From: Camelus ferus
Lineage: Eukaryota
Reading direction: 5' to 3'
Assembly (NCBI RefSeq): GCF_009834535.1
Contig: NC_045707.1
Location: forward strand, 50,966,001-51,030,000
DNA length: 64,000 nt
Shown: piece after piece, positions 50,965-63,249 of the stretch
Position numbering within the stretch: position 1 is the stretch's first letter
Layout: each line of letters starts with the position of its first letter
Position numbers and translations under genes: made by a program
Notes under the pieces: model-generated
The model's input: the letters and a program-made list of their open reading frames with translations, nothing else
What the model was told of the DNA's origin: nothing
Databases searched by the model: none

Positions 50965-51630
50965 TATCAATCCCAATCAATCCCAGCAGGCTTTTTTTAT
51001 AGAAATTGAGAAGCTGATTTAAAAATGTTTATGGAAATACAAGAACTCAGCATATCCAACACAGTCATGAGAAAGGAGACTAAAGCTGGAGAGCTTATAG
51101 TGCCTGATTCCAAGACTTAATATAAATGTACAATATTTGAACAGTGTGGTACTGGCATATGGATCAACAACTAGATCAATATGACAGAATAGAGAACTCA
51201 GAAACTGACTTACACTTTCATTCAGGTTTTTGGTTTTTGACAAAGGCTCCAAAGCAATGGATGATAAATAAGTCTTTTCAGCAAGTGGTACTAGAAAAAG
51301 TAGATATACATATGAAAACAACAAACTCTGACCCTTACCTAACACCATACACAAAAATTAATTTGAGATGGATCATAGACTTAAATGTTAAAGCTAACAT
51401 TATACAAATTTTAGAAGGAAATATACCACAATATATTTGTGACCCAGGGGTAGCCAAAGGTTTCTCAGATAAGACAGAAAAAACAATAACCATAAAACAA
51501 AAGATGATATAGCTTAGATTTAATCAAAAGAACAGTTTTGACTACTTACCAAAAGACATCATTAAGAAAATTAACAGGCAAGACACAGAATGTGAAAAAA
51601 ATATTTATAAAACCTGGATCTACTAAAGAG
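50965..51630 (+). mobile_element. L1 ORF2 fragment
   Basis: ORF 51144..51512 WYWHMDQQLDQYDRIENSE...DPYLTPYTKINLRWIIDLNVK. Confidence 0.9.
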
Positions 51631-51639
51631 CTGGTACCC

Positions 51640-52680
51640 TTTATTATAGACATAGATATGATCATATCAAGAGTAGGAGGTTTTGTCGGCTGTTGATAGG
51701 AACTAACAAAAAACAGTAGCCAGGTCAACCTTGGTCAGAGGCAGTTCAGGTTGTTGAGCCCATGCGTAGCCTCTATCCCTGTCACCATGGCCACTTTTCC
51801 TATGAGCTCACTGAGCAACCAGTGGGATGGCTGGAGAAAGAGGCATCTAGCCAAGAAGCAACTACTGTTGAGAGAGCAAGCCAAGAGTGAAAATTGTCCA
51901 TATTGCTTCATTTCCTTCATTGGAATATCAAGGGCTTAAAGGACCCATTTCACAGAGCTCTCCGGGAGTACAGAGACACTTCCCAACCCATAACAGAAAA
52001 GCAGCCAAGCTTGCTGCTACTCAATGGCAGAAGCGAGATACGACACAGAAAACACACAAAAAGCCCATTTTCTGGTCCCAAGTGAGAGTAGGAGGAGACA
52101 GCAAGAAAGAAAGGTAAACATGAGATGATTGTATGGCAACCTCCCTTCTTCCCCAGCCTCGGACTTAGTTTAAGAGAGGAGAATGTGATTTAGAAAAGTG
52201 AAGGCAACATGAGGGAGGGAGGACCAGTGTGGCTATCCCCTAATCTCTTATTTAAGACGTAGGAAGAGTTTACCTTGTGTAATGCTCTTGAGCCAACTTG
52301 GGGCTTGGCCATACTTCCTTGATGTTCTACGAGATAGAAAGAGAGGGGCTCTTAGAGCTTAACTTTCCCAAGCTGCTTTCCAGACTTGAAAGGCATGGAT
52401 GAGTGTTGAGAGCAGAGAGCTTGCCATGAGGCCTGTGGGAAGGGGCACACAGACAGAGGTTTAGGGTTGAGAGTAAGAGGACATGGAAATGCCTCTTGGG
52501 TCTGCATCTAACAGGAAATGAAGTCAGCTAGGGAATCCCTTCAAAATCTGGCTGAGACAAGGGGTGCCAGTTTATGAGTGACATTACCTACAGACTAGAA
52601 TCAGAGATTGTTCTAACTGAGACCAGAGGCTAGCCAGGACCTCTCCACAGCTCTAAAACTTCCTTTTCAACACTGTCTTG
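51640..52680 (-). mobile_element. ERV-L internal integrase fragment (about 51650-51850) plus adjacent GC-richer LTR-like sequence
   Basis: Minus strand PLSPAIPLVAQ*AHRKSGHGDRDRGYAWAQQPELPLTKVDLAT matches the ERV-L integrase N-terminus. Confidence 0.7.
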
Positions 52681-52805
52681 GGAATTCCTCACACTTTTCC
52701 TAGGTGGGAACATTTGTTTCTTGAATCTCATACTTCTTTGTTTTCACCCCCAATATCTTCTGGAGCATAGAAGTTTCTTGAAAAGGAAGGTCTGGAAGGA
52801 AAATT

Positions 52806-52970
52806 AAAAATTTTTTTTTCTTTTTTTAAATATTTTTTTTTAATGGGGGGAGGTAATTTTAGGTTTATTTATTTGCTTTAAAACTTTTTTTTAAACAGAG
52901 GTACTGGGAATTGAACCCAGGACTTCATGCATGCTAGGCATGCACTCTATCACTGAATTATACCCTCCCC
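52806..52970 (-). mobile_element. Vic-1-type SINE
   Basis: Reverse complement of ggggagggtataattcagtgatagagtgcatgcctagcatgcatgaagtcctgggttcaattcccagtacctc; imperfect ggaag(g)aaaatt flanking duplication. Confidence 0.9.
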
Positions 52971-53284
52971 TGGGAAGAAAATTTTTTAAGAATTTGGTTA
53001 CCTGAAAATGTTTTTATTATATATTTATACCTCAATTAACAATTTTGGTTTATTTCTGAGAACACTGTAGCTAAGTAAAAAATTGTTAAATGATAAAATA
53101 TTTCCATCAATTTTAAGGGGAAAAACTATGATCCATTCTTTCCCAATCCAAAATAAACATGATTTTCAGGAAAAAAAAATCAATTGAGCAATGAAAATAT
53201 GTTTATATAACTAAAATATAAAATTCTGAAAATAAATATGGTCTGTATGTAAAATGTAGCTTAATGAACATTTACTGTACTTAC

Positions 53285-53478
53285 CAAATGAAAAAGAAGA
53301 GACTACAGCGGGTGGCGGCTGGTGGAAGGAGGTACAAGGCAGCAATTCTTTGAAACATAATGGAGAATTAGATAGATAATCAACTTTCGGGCAGGCATTC
53401 AATGTCTGAATCAAGTATGCTTGATGATATTTTTGTTTTCTTTGAGACACTGGCAAAATAAAGCTATGCCTAAGAGCA
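53285..53478 (-). CDS. Candidate exon, 194 nt, phase 2->1, open: ALRHSFILPVSQRKQKYHQAYLIQTLNACPKVDYLSNSPLCFKELLPCTSFHQPPPAVVSSFSF
   Basis: Acceptor ttttattcatttatttcaaag|; donor TTG|gtaagt; 64 open codons (core of ORF 53211..53537); retains several CpGs. Confidence 0.7.
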
Positions 53479-54569
53479 CTTTGAAATAAATGAATAAAAC
53501 ACAATATAACCAAAATATATATGCACTGAAGGGTCATAGAAAATCATGTCTCTTCCCCTTTCTTGGCTATTTATTCATACTTAAGAATGAAGCTCTAAAA
53601 TGCTGACTGGATACTGTCTGTTCAAGGGTGAGATGTGTTGATTGGGGGGTTATGACAATGTGGTGATTGTAGATTATTGTTTAAGGACTTTCAAATTATA
53701 GAATCTGTGGTGTTTTCCTTTTAGACTGGTTTGTTTCCTCAGAAAGTACTGCTCCAGTCTTTTACTAAGGAATGCATTTGATGGATGGCACAGGCTTAAC
53801 TGTCAGTATTCTTGAAGCTAAATATGGGAAGACGGTTGGACTCTCATAGTTTGCTCTGTATAGTTTCAATTAATCAACAATTCTTTAGCACATGTCTCTT
53901 AGTGCAGTAGGATACAATTTCACCAGAAAGCAAATTTCTTTTTTACTACCAGGAAGGTAGATACTAGTGAGAGGTCAGGAAAGAATTCAAGATGCCTAAC
54001 TACCTCTTACACAGACTTTGACACATTCTTTCTACCTTCCAGGGTACCTAATGCTTCTTAATCCTGAATCTTTATGGTTCTATGACACTTATTCTCTTGT
54101 GTCATTTGACATCTTTCTGTACAAAAACTTAGATTTCTGCTTTTTTATCTTTGCTGAAATCAGTTACCAATTCATCTGTCAGCTTTCCATCTTCAAAAAT
54201 TTGTTGACATCTTTCAGTACCATCATCCTCCACTCCTTTTGTCCCTTCTAGTTTACACATTATTATTCCTTTACAATAGTTTTGGAAGGGGTAGGGACAA
54301 AAACAAATTCACCTGTAATATTTAACTAGAAATTTCCTACTCACTCTTTTTCTAAGACTCAGTACGAATTTGCTCACATCAAATGATTTTGAACTAAAAT
54401 TTTAGTAGATACCAAAGAGTAAACATGAAAGACTAAAATGGCAAAAAAAAAAAAAAAAAAAAAAAAAGGATGTAAGAAGTATTCCAGGTGAGCTGAAAGT
54501 AAAACTTGCCATAATGTGTTATTAGGAGTTTCCTTATTATTAAATGGTACTTACAATTATTAATATACA

Positions 54570-54760
54570 TGAGGAAAGACTTTGGAGTCAAGTGAACCTG
54601 GATTCAATTTATAGCTGTGTGACCTAGACAAAGTTGCTGTGGCCTCCTCCTTTATAATGTGAAGACAACGAATGCCTTCCTGATAAGGTTTTTATAAGGA
54701 CTAGTTTAGAAAATTTCAAGTGCTTAAGCTAATACCTTACTCAAACATGGTGCTCTTTGG
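54570..54760 (+). mobile_element. MIR SINE
   Basis: gactttggagtcaagtgaacctggattcaa...tagctgtgtgacctagacaaagtt. Confidence 0.7.
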
Positions 54761-55860
54761 TAGTTATTACATTAAATTTGGCCATCTATCATAATATTTA
54801 TACTCCTGAAGATTTCTACATTTTATAGTATATTCTTTTTGTTTGTATATAGGATGTATATAGTGCAAGTAGCAGGTACATGCTATATAGTATGAGCATA
54901 TTATATAGTATATAAGTGAACAATTTGAAGAGGCACTGGTAGAAGAGCAAGAAGAAGGACTGAAATCTGAAGTTTCACTTTTGAAGCCATTTATATCTAT
55001 TCTACTCTACCTGCCTTCCACATTGTAAAGACATTCCTACTAGTGCTAGCTGCTCAGAGTTGTCCACTGGCTCTCCTGTTGATGTTAAAGGGATTTGATC
55101 TATGCAAGGAGGAAAAATAGAGTAAAATTTATAGCTGAGGTAAACTTCTGAGTGTCGCGAACTGTTGAAGTTATGAACTGACCCTTCACTTGGCTTCTTG
55201 CATTGACTCTATTCTCTTCTTTACAATCTTCTTTGGGCTTTTAGCCCAAGTCTATCTTAAGAACTACAGGCAGACTTCAGTCAGGGTCCTTGACCAGAAA
55301 TGAAATGTGTAGTATCATGTTCAGATATTTGCATGAGGTCCTTAAGGATGTCAAACCCAGCAAAGAAATCCTAGAACAACGCAAGCCCTGGTCCTTCATT
55401 CAAATAAAATATGCTTAAGTTCTAAATCTAAAACTTGAACAGCAAAAATGAAAATTATAAATATTAAATCTACATTTTAATCATTATCAAAGCCAGTAAA
55501 ATTTCCTTTAACCCAGGGAATATAACTCTAATATCTATCTGTCTGTCTACCTATCTATCTATTGATACCATCATGGAGTTCTTAAAATAATTTTCTTTTT
55601 CAAAACACTTTAAAAAAATTCTAAGTTGAGCATGGAAACAAACAGGATCAAAATGTTAGAATAATTTTTCAAATAATTTGTACTGGAAATTTTAGTTGGA
55701 GTTAAAGAGAAGAGCTCTCTCTGCACGTGCATAAAACTATGCATAACTAAATAATACTGCATGCAAATGCAAACACATTTTATTTTATTTTAACAGCTTT
55801 CAATAATTTAATTCATTCATACTTTTTCTTTTGAAACCCATTAATATCTAGATTTATAAC

Positions 55861-55901
55861 CTGAAAACTTCCTCTTTGGGCATAGGGAAACATTCCTTTG
55901 T
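55861..55901 (-). CDS. Candidate exon, 41 nt, phase 0->2: TKECFPMPKEEVF(S)
   Basis: tcctcttgtcttcaaatag| ... CAG|gttata; phase compatible with the 53478 exon. Confidence 0.5.
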
Positions 55902-56149
55902 CTATTTGAAGACAAGAGGACAGATTTTCACTTCGTTTTTAATAATATACTCTGTCTTCTCAGTTATTTGCTAGGAGAAAATGATTAAAAGGCAGTTACA
56001 TACGAGAGAGCCTTTAAAGACTTCAAGGAAAGGGATCAGGTTTGAGACTGTGTTTACTATTTTTTAATGTCAGAAATAGATTGAAGGCAGGGTTGTTTTT
56101 TTTAAAACAATAAACTACAATTTTAAAAATTTCAAATGTGAAAACTAAG

Positions 56150-56554
56150 CTGTTGTCCTGTAGATTCTGGGACCCAATCTAATCATGTGAGTCCTTCAAA
56201 TTCAGAGACTCTTTCCTGTCCTGGCTATGATGAGAAAGGTACAACAGACAGAAGGATCAGTGAGGTGCAACATGAGGGCCTGACCCACCATTGCTGGCTT
56301 TGGGGATGGAGAAAGGGGAGCACAAGCCAAAGAGTGTGGTGACCTTTACCAACTGGAAAAGGCAAAGAAAGGAACTCTTCTCTAGAACCTCCAGAAAGGA
56401 GCACAGCACTGTCGACATCTTCTTGGTTTTAGCCCAGTGAGACACAGGCTTCTGTTCGATTTCTGACCACAGAATTGTAAGATAATAAATTTTTGTTGTT
56501 TTATGTCATTATATGGATAGTAATCTGTTATGGCAGCAATAGAAAACTAACACA
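56150..56554 (+). mobile_element. MLT1D-type MaLR LTR
   Basis: ctggaaaaggcaaagaaa...ctagaacctccagaaaggagcacagc...gttatggcagcaatagaaaactaacaca. Confidence 0.88.
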
Positions 56555-56689
56555 CAATCTTTAATATATTTAATAATCTATGCATTTCTTTAATGTTCCA
56601 ACTGTATTAAAATATAAATTATCTTGATGAAAATATTTTCCATAACAGAAAGAGTAAGCAATTAAAAATTTTCAGCATTTTAGATGAAG

Positions 56690-56995
56690 GTTCTAAAACG
56701 CAAAAGAAATTTCCAGTTATAAGCTAAATAAGTTGAGGATGCAGTTTCAGAATGGTGACTATAGTTAACAATACAGTATTGTGTATTTGAAAGTTGCTAA
56801 GAAAGTTGATCTTAAAAGTTTTCATCATAAGAGAAAGAATTTGTAACTGTGAAGTGATGGATGTTAACTAAACTTATTGTGGTAATCATTTCACTATATA
56901 TATGTATATATACATACACACACATATATGTATAAAATCATTATGTTGTATACGTTAAACTAATACAATGTTATCTCTCAATAAAACTGAAAAAT
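56690..56995 (+). mobile_element. L1MA-type 3' end
   Basis: atggtgactatagttaacaatacagtattgtgtatttgaaagttgctaag...tctcaataaaactgaaaaa. Confidence 0.85.
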
Positions 56996-57271
56996 ATTAA
57001 AAATTCAAAAGAAAGTACTTTCATAATACCAAACAATTAGTCTTATATAAATTTTTAAAGTAATGTGTAATATCTCTTGTCACAAAGGAACTACTAAGTT
57101 AACATCTTTTTCTAGATCTCAAGAGTCTATACTAGTCACAGCTAAAGTGACTCAAGTGATGAAATATTCTTAACAAAGCTTTAAAGTGATCCAATTTGTG
57201 ACATGTACTAAGCACATTTCAATTACTGGACTTTTGTGTATGAATAAAACCAAGTATCAAGATTCACAAAC

Positions 57272-57297
57272 ATATGTTGAAGAAAACACATCAACAT
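57272..57297 (-). CDS. Candidate 26-nt exon, phase 1->0: VDVFSSTY; donor uncertain
   Basis: ttttaatttccag| ... TAT|gtttgt. Confidence 0.4.
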
Positions 57298-57466
57298 CTG
57301 GAAATTAAAATCATGGGAAGAGATGGTGTAATGACAACAAAGTGATGAAAGATTAATCTGGCAATGTTTGCTTCCTGGAAACTAAAGGCAATTTTCCTAT
57401 AAAGTGAGAAATATTTTGAATTAAATACAAAAACAGAACAGAATAAAATAAAACAACCTAACATAC

Positions 57467-57480
57467 TCAAAATGAAACTC
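57467..57480 (-). CDS. Candidate 14-nt microexon GAGTTTCATTTTGA
   Basis: tttattcagttacag|G ... |gtatgt. Confidence 0.4.
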
Positions 57481-57955
57481 CTGTAACTGAATAAACTGAA
57501 TATTTTCTATCACAACATGATATTTGTTAACATATTTAATTGGAACTCCAGAATAAGGCACCAAGCATGTTTAAACCTCCAGTGTGTAGAGCACTCTGTT
57601 AGGTATTGTGGTTGATTCAGAAAATCCAGTCTCTGATATTAGGGAGTTAAATACTCTCTGGGGAGTCAAGATAAGTGCAAGTGAAATGACACAGAATTAC
57701 TACATGGCAATTACTAAGAAGTGCACAATATCAAAATGATGTAGAAGTCAGAGAAGACAAGAAGTGGGCAGGCATACCTAGAAGTAACTTGGATTGCCAG
57801 GTGCATGATGCAAATGAGCATGTGCTAAGAAAGCCACTTTCAGAGAAAAAAATATACATCCCCTACCAGCCCTCCAAGATGACTTAAATTTCCACCATTA
57901 ATCCCACCCACTAGCTATTCTTTTAACCAGAAAATATTTCTTGAATACCACACAC

Positions 57956-58044
57956 CAAGTTGCATGGACCCATGCACCAGTACAAGTATTTTCCTTTCTT
58001 CCTCCTTTCCTTAAGCTTTGGGTCATTTTAAACAGGATTGTTCT
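57956..58044 (-). CDS. Candidate exon, 89 nt, phase 0->2, open: RTILFKMTQSLRKGGRKENTCTGAWVHAT(W)
   Basis: ttttttatgttatctttaccag| ... TTG|gtgtgt. Confidence 0.45.
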
Positions 58045-58776
58045 CTGGTAAAGATAACATAAAAAATCATTAACAGATGCTAACATGCAATTTTGACCTG
58101 CACCTTCCTCTCCTCCCTCAACCTTAACTTCACTGAAGAATAGCATGTTCCAATTATCTGCTGTCTACACTATTGCCTGAGCAATACTCTAAAATCATAA
58201 TCCTCATATCATCTTATTTATATTTACTATTCACTGATCAGTTCTTCAGAGTCCTAAAAGAATAGCTGAAGTAAAACTAAGAGAAGTTTAGACAGAGATG
58301 GGGAGTTCAGGAAATGACTAGAGCTTGATCACTTTTATGATTCTGGTAAAAGACCCAAATTAGAGGTAACAGGTAGTAGTACAATGGAGAATGAGTGGAT
58401 GACAAAAAGGTATTATTTTCTGTGAAGAAAGATAAGGGGTCAGAATTTGATATGAGCATGACTGATCTACAGACAATTATTGAGAGTTTGGAACTTAAGG
58501 CAACATTTAGCAATCAAGCCATACAAGGTTGGTAATTCATACCGTGAGAATGGAGGAGCTTCTGAAAAGAATAAATGTTAAGGGAGAAGAGCAAAGGATA
58601 AGAAATTAATTCCTCAATATTCCTAAGTAATGGTAGAGGGGGAAAAAAAGGAATCAGAGAAAGAGCATTAAAGGGAGAAATAATAGAAGAAATGAATGTT
58701 ATAAAATTTGTATTAGGGCTTTAAAAAATTTCTATTTTATTTGCAGTCAGAGAGCTTGTGTATGAGGCGATGTAAC

Positions 58777-58904
58777 TAAAATAAAGTGTTCTGTGAAATT
58801 CCTCCTGATTCTCCTTTGGGTCAGCTAGGTTTTGATATTAAGCAGGCTAAATGGTTCCAATTCTTCTTTTCTGGGAATTAAATAAACCAGAGCAGCATTT
58901 TGGA
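58777..58904 (-). pseudogene. Candidate exon, phase 1->0, one TAG: QNAALVYLIPRKEELEPFSLLNIKT*LTQRRIRRNFTEHFIL; donor uncertain
   Basis: Acceptor cattttcttcttttataaacag|; weak donor |gttaca; another strong acceptor (cctgtctctttttgcag|G) at 59308. Confidence 0.33.
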
Positions 58905-59677
58905 CTGTTTATAAAAGAAGAAAATGAGCTGCCAAGACACAGTTAATAATATTGTGTATCTTTAAATTTGTCATGTAGAAACTTTTAACAAGCCTTAGCA
59001 TGACATTTTATTTTTGCATACCCCAGCCAAATAACTTCCCAAATTTCTTATTCTTAAAATGCCTCATTAGTATAAGCTGGTAGCCAAACTACAGCAATAG
59101 CTGAGAAACATTGCTTATTCAGCCACAAACTGAGTTGCTTTAAGTGATTTTACTTATTGACTCATTAAAATGAACCATGATAATCCAATTTTTTAAATTT
59201 ATGTTGAAGTAGCTAAAGGCTAAAGGTGTTTTAATTTATTGACATGAATTTATATAGAACTTGACTATGAAAAAAAATCATTTGGGGATGTTATCCAAGA
59301 ACATAGACCTGCAAAAAGAGACAGGAATCAAGGAATGAAAAAGCAAAAGTTTATATGTCCTGCAACTCTAAATTCCCATTATCAAAATGTTTCAAAGGCT
59401 GTTGTGCCCATACACTGTCATCCTCTTGTCCATTGCTCATTGCTATCGATCATTCTCCTCCTTTCTGCTGACTAGGGATGGACCAACATTGGGTTCTAGG
59501 CAGCCATTACCAATTGATCTCAGCTAGCATGCTATTTAAAAACAAATTGCCATCCCTAAGACATTCAAAAGTTATCCAGGAAAAGAGTATGAAAGGGATT
59601 AATTTAATGTACCTTCAGAATAGTATCTGAGCATAGTTCCATGAATCCATAATCAAGAAGAATGGCATGTTATTATC

Positions 59678-59722
<45 letters not shown>
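59678..59722 (+). repeat. (CTAT)~11 tetranucleotide microsatellite
   Basis: Perfect ctat run. Confidence 0.95.
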
Positions 59723-61741
59723 ATCTAGTCATCCATCTACCCTTCCATCAGTTTATCTACTTTTTTCTTGCATCTCCTCCTAGCATAGGCTCCTGTGAGC
59801 TATTGCTTTAGAAAGAACTTAAAAGTGTCATTTTGAACTTTACTCGAATTATTAATTATATTATATAAATCCTTTTTAGATGTGAAGAATACCTAATTAC
59901 ACTTGTGATGGTCTTATATTGGCTTTATCATGATTTTTTTTTCAAATGTCTGCTTTATTTCACCTAATCTGTAGCATCCTCTAGAGCCAACTCTTTCAAC
60001 TCTTAAGAAGTAGGGAAAGCACAGCTGCCACGTATGTACTTGTATGTACCTGGGGTGTTCCAAGCATGTGATTTGCAGTGGCAGGAGCTAGGAATACAAT
60101 AGGCAAGTCACTTAAAAATATGTTGTGAGAGCAAAGCTGAAAGATCACTTACTCTTCTTAGGGGAGAAAGAAAATCTTCACAGAAAAGGTGATATTTTCC
60201 AGAGAAATAAGGTTAGAGGTTCTTCAGCAGAGGAAAGAAAGGGTTTGGCATTTTACAAAGGTATTCAGAGGACCCATGGGATACAGAGGTAGATAATGAA
60301 GTCAACATCAGATGTTAGACCCGATGTGAAATGATTTTGGGTGCCAAGATAAAGTGTTTGGATTTTTATGCAGTAAATGAGTCAGTAGAGGTTTCTTAAA
60401 CTGAACATTTAAGTACATGATCAGATTTGGAGTAGAGGTGAGCATAATCTTACTCTTTTAGCAGTTTAGGTTTTTCTTACTTTTCTTTTTTATTATTATC
60501 CAAGAAGATTGTTTGAAATTATAAATACAGATAGGTAAAATCATAGAAAATAAAAATCAACTACAATTCTACTCAGCTGACTCATACAATTGTTTACTCA
60601 TATTTAGTCTGCTATTTTCTTAAAAACAGTTCATTGTATGGACGCACATTTGGACAAGTGCTAATTTTCTGAAACTTGTGTGTCCTTCATGGAACTAACA
60701 CCTACTACATAGTAGAGATGTTTTAAGGGTTAAATGGCATAGTGTATAAAGAGCTGTTCCTAGTCTGTCATATCAGAGTACTGTGGGCATTGTGCTAAAA
60801 AGTGACTATTGAGGAAAAAAGGGATAAACTCAACACTTTTGTTGCATGTTTGCACTACACTGGAATTCCACTCTAGTCACACTGAAATTACTTGGATTAA
60901 TTTGCATGCGTGAAGAGAGAAAGATAAATAATGTAAACAATATATGCTGTTCTACTTTTCATTCCACCCAATGGGCACATGAAAGAGTGACTATAATTTG
61001 AATTTTCTCTTTCTTAGTCAGGCTATTTTCTCATGCCTCCCACAGCATGAGGCTTTGGGGATCAACTGTTTAAATATATGTACTCTTTCAGATGTTATTG
61101 CAATTATTCATTCACATATCTGTTTTTACACTACGAAGTAAATCTGATAAGAATATTAGTAGTCATGACTAGCATGTAGTCAGTGTTCAATATATCACAA
61201 CTACTATTATTATACAAATAAATATGTATTTAAAAAAAAGAAACAAGTGGTCACCAATAAACTGGCAACATGTAATGAGAAAAAACAGCCTGGTGGAGTA
61301 AACAAATTTCATAGTCAGATACATCTAGTTCAACTCCTGAATTTTCCATTAGCTCTTTCCTTGGGTATTTGACTCAACCTCTCTAAATCTCAATCCTATC
61401 ATTTCAAAACTAGAAATTATAACATGATCCCTTTAGATGTGAGGATTAACACTGGACTCTAGAATAGTTTCTGTCAATAAATGATAATTATCATTACCTA
61501 AATAAATCTTTTCTTAGTTTAAACACATTTAGCAAACAAGTTTCCGAATAATAAGTATAGGTATTATAGATGGAAAAAATAAAATTATTTAAATTCTATC
61601 TAATCACCTAGGTTTCTGAAGTATGTAAACTTAAAGGACCTATGGCCCATTACAAATTTTTTACTAAGTGGATTTTCCGTACTATTACGGCCAGGCTATC
61701 TAAGGTCTCAAGTATGCTCAAATGCACAAACACTAATGTAC

Positions 61742-61840
61742 CTTCAATGAAAGGGTTTATAAGAATACAAGGAAATGCTAGTAGCACAGTTCTTAATGTT
61801 AGCAACAGCACAGTCAACCCAAGTTCTAGATCTTCTGAGA
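61742..61840 (-). CDS. Candidate exon, 99 nt, phase 1->1, open and hydrophobic: SEDLELGLTVLLLTLRTVLLAFPCILINPFIE
   Basis: ctactgcatttcccag| ... AAG|gtacat. Confidence 0.45.
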
Positions 61841-63249
61841 CTGGGAAATGCAGTAGATTCTACAGATAAGTGATTCAGTGTCTGCCTGTTTAGCAACTGT
61901 GACTTCATTGATTCAACTTTTCTATTTTCACCAAACATTTAATTTGGAAACTACTCAAACCACCACAGAGGTGCTTGGGTTCCCTCTTGCTGAGTCATTT
62001 TAAAGTTATCTCTGGCTCCTGTTCATCCCTGATCCTATCCATATTAGACAGGAGCAATGGTGACTATAAAGCAAAAAAAATCTATCTTTGAAATGTATCT
62101 GCATGCTTGCAGGCATTAAAGACTACCTCTGCTGTCCATCTATGTCCTAGCTCTAAACTACATGAGAGTCTCAAGAGTGTTTTTTGGTTTTTTTTTTCCT
62201 TTTCTTCTTAAAGACCTAAGTAGGGACTCCCTGCTCTGTTCACACTTGCCTCTGCATGGAAACTCGAGCCTAAGTTTTTGTGTCTCAACATTCCACCTCT
62301 GCCTCAAGGTAGCAAGTAAAATGTTGTCTGCCTCACAGAATCTGTCCTCTGAGCTACGCTTCAATTATCTTTGGCTATTTAACATCTTCAAAGACCTTCT
62401 TCTCAATGAGTTTTCCTAGATATGATCCCACACATGTAAGCCAACTTAGAAGGAAGAAAACTAGGAAGAAAACTAAGGACAAAGAAATAATGATCAAAAG
62501 AAAACACATCACAAAGAAGAGAGCACTATGCTGAGGAGATAACTATGAAAAGAACATATTTTACAGAATCGTAATATCTTTATTCCAGTCTCTGAAATCT
62601 CCACAACCTGTCACAGTTACCCTGGTATATGCTGACCCTAGGGACAGCTATTCCAGGAAGGCAGTACCCTAGAAGACATGGCCTCCATGGTAATTAATGT
62701 CCTTTCTTTATTTTTAGTAATTCTCTTTCAAGAACTTAGTTTTCCAGTCTAGCTGATAATCAATTGTTAACTCTTTCATAGGTCTTTACCCTTATGCAAT
62801 TCTTCAGTTTTTCATTGTTCTTGGTGTTCAATTTTACTTGGGAAGAAATCTAATGACTTTGTGGATACCTGGAAGAAGAGTGCTTCTAAGCAGAGAGAAT
62901 GGGAAGTTCAAAGGCCCTGGGGTGGGAGCTCAGCCAGAAAGCTGATTGAGATGGAGTGAAAAGGGCAGAGTGGTTAGAGGCAGGAGATTAATCCAGGAGA
63001 AGGATCATGTAGGACTATTTAAAGCATATTAATCAGACATTTTGTTTTTGTAGATTTTTTGAAAGAGGATGCAAAACTCAGAAAACATGAAAAAAATCCC
63101 TATGTTCCCTCCTGTTGAGCAATTTTATCAGTTCCAATCTGTCTTTGATTAATGTCAGACTGACTCCAGAAAAACATGTTGCTTTGAGAAAAATTTTTCT
63201 TGGATTATAAGGCATTGGGAATGTATTTAAATGTTTAAAAAGTATATAT

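Larger units (their letters stand above)
2604..61840 (-). pseudogene. Unrecognised multi-exon gene, probably a decayed spliced pseudogene; about 35 candidate exons; likely extends beyond the window
   Basis: Many minus-strand polypyrimidine-AG/GT pairs in non-repeat DNA; phase-consistent chain from 34011 to 2604; short 87-125 nt introns between exon pairs; in-frame stops at 42711, 33974, 33654, 24900, 18500, 11076 and 11043. Confidence 0.62.

Noticed and set aside
28644..51512. ORFs 28644, 35660, 40551 and 51144 as host genes
   Set aside because: They translate to L1 ORF2 fragments
55761..55768. Octamer motif ATGCAAAT (others near 55327, 57808 and 60900)
   Set aside because: Expected by chance in AT-rich DNA; no promoter or snRNA context
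59613..59626. 14-nt microexon candidate
   Set aside because: No pyrimidine tract at the acceptor; supported only by phase
43830..61840. Naming the gene TSBP1, TRDN or a SKINT/BTN member from the hydrophobic exon plus microexons
   Set aside because: Only the architecture is similar; no peptide matches the sequences I recall
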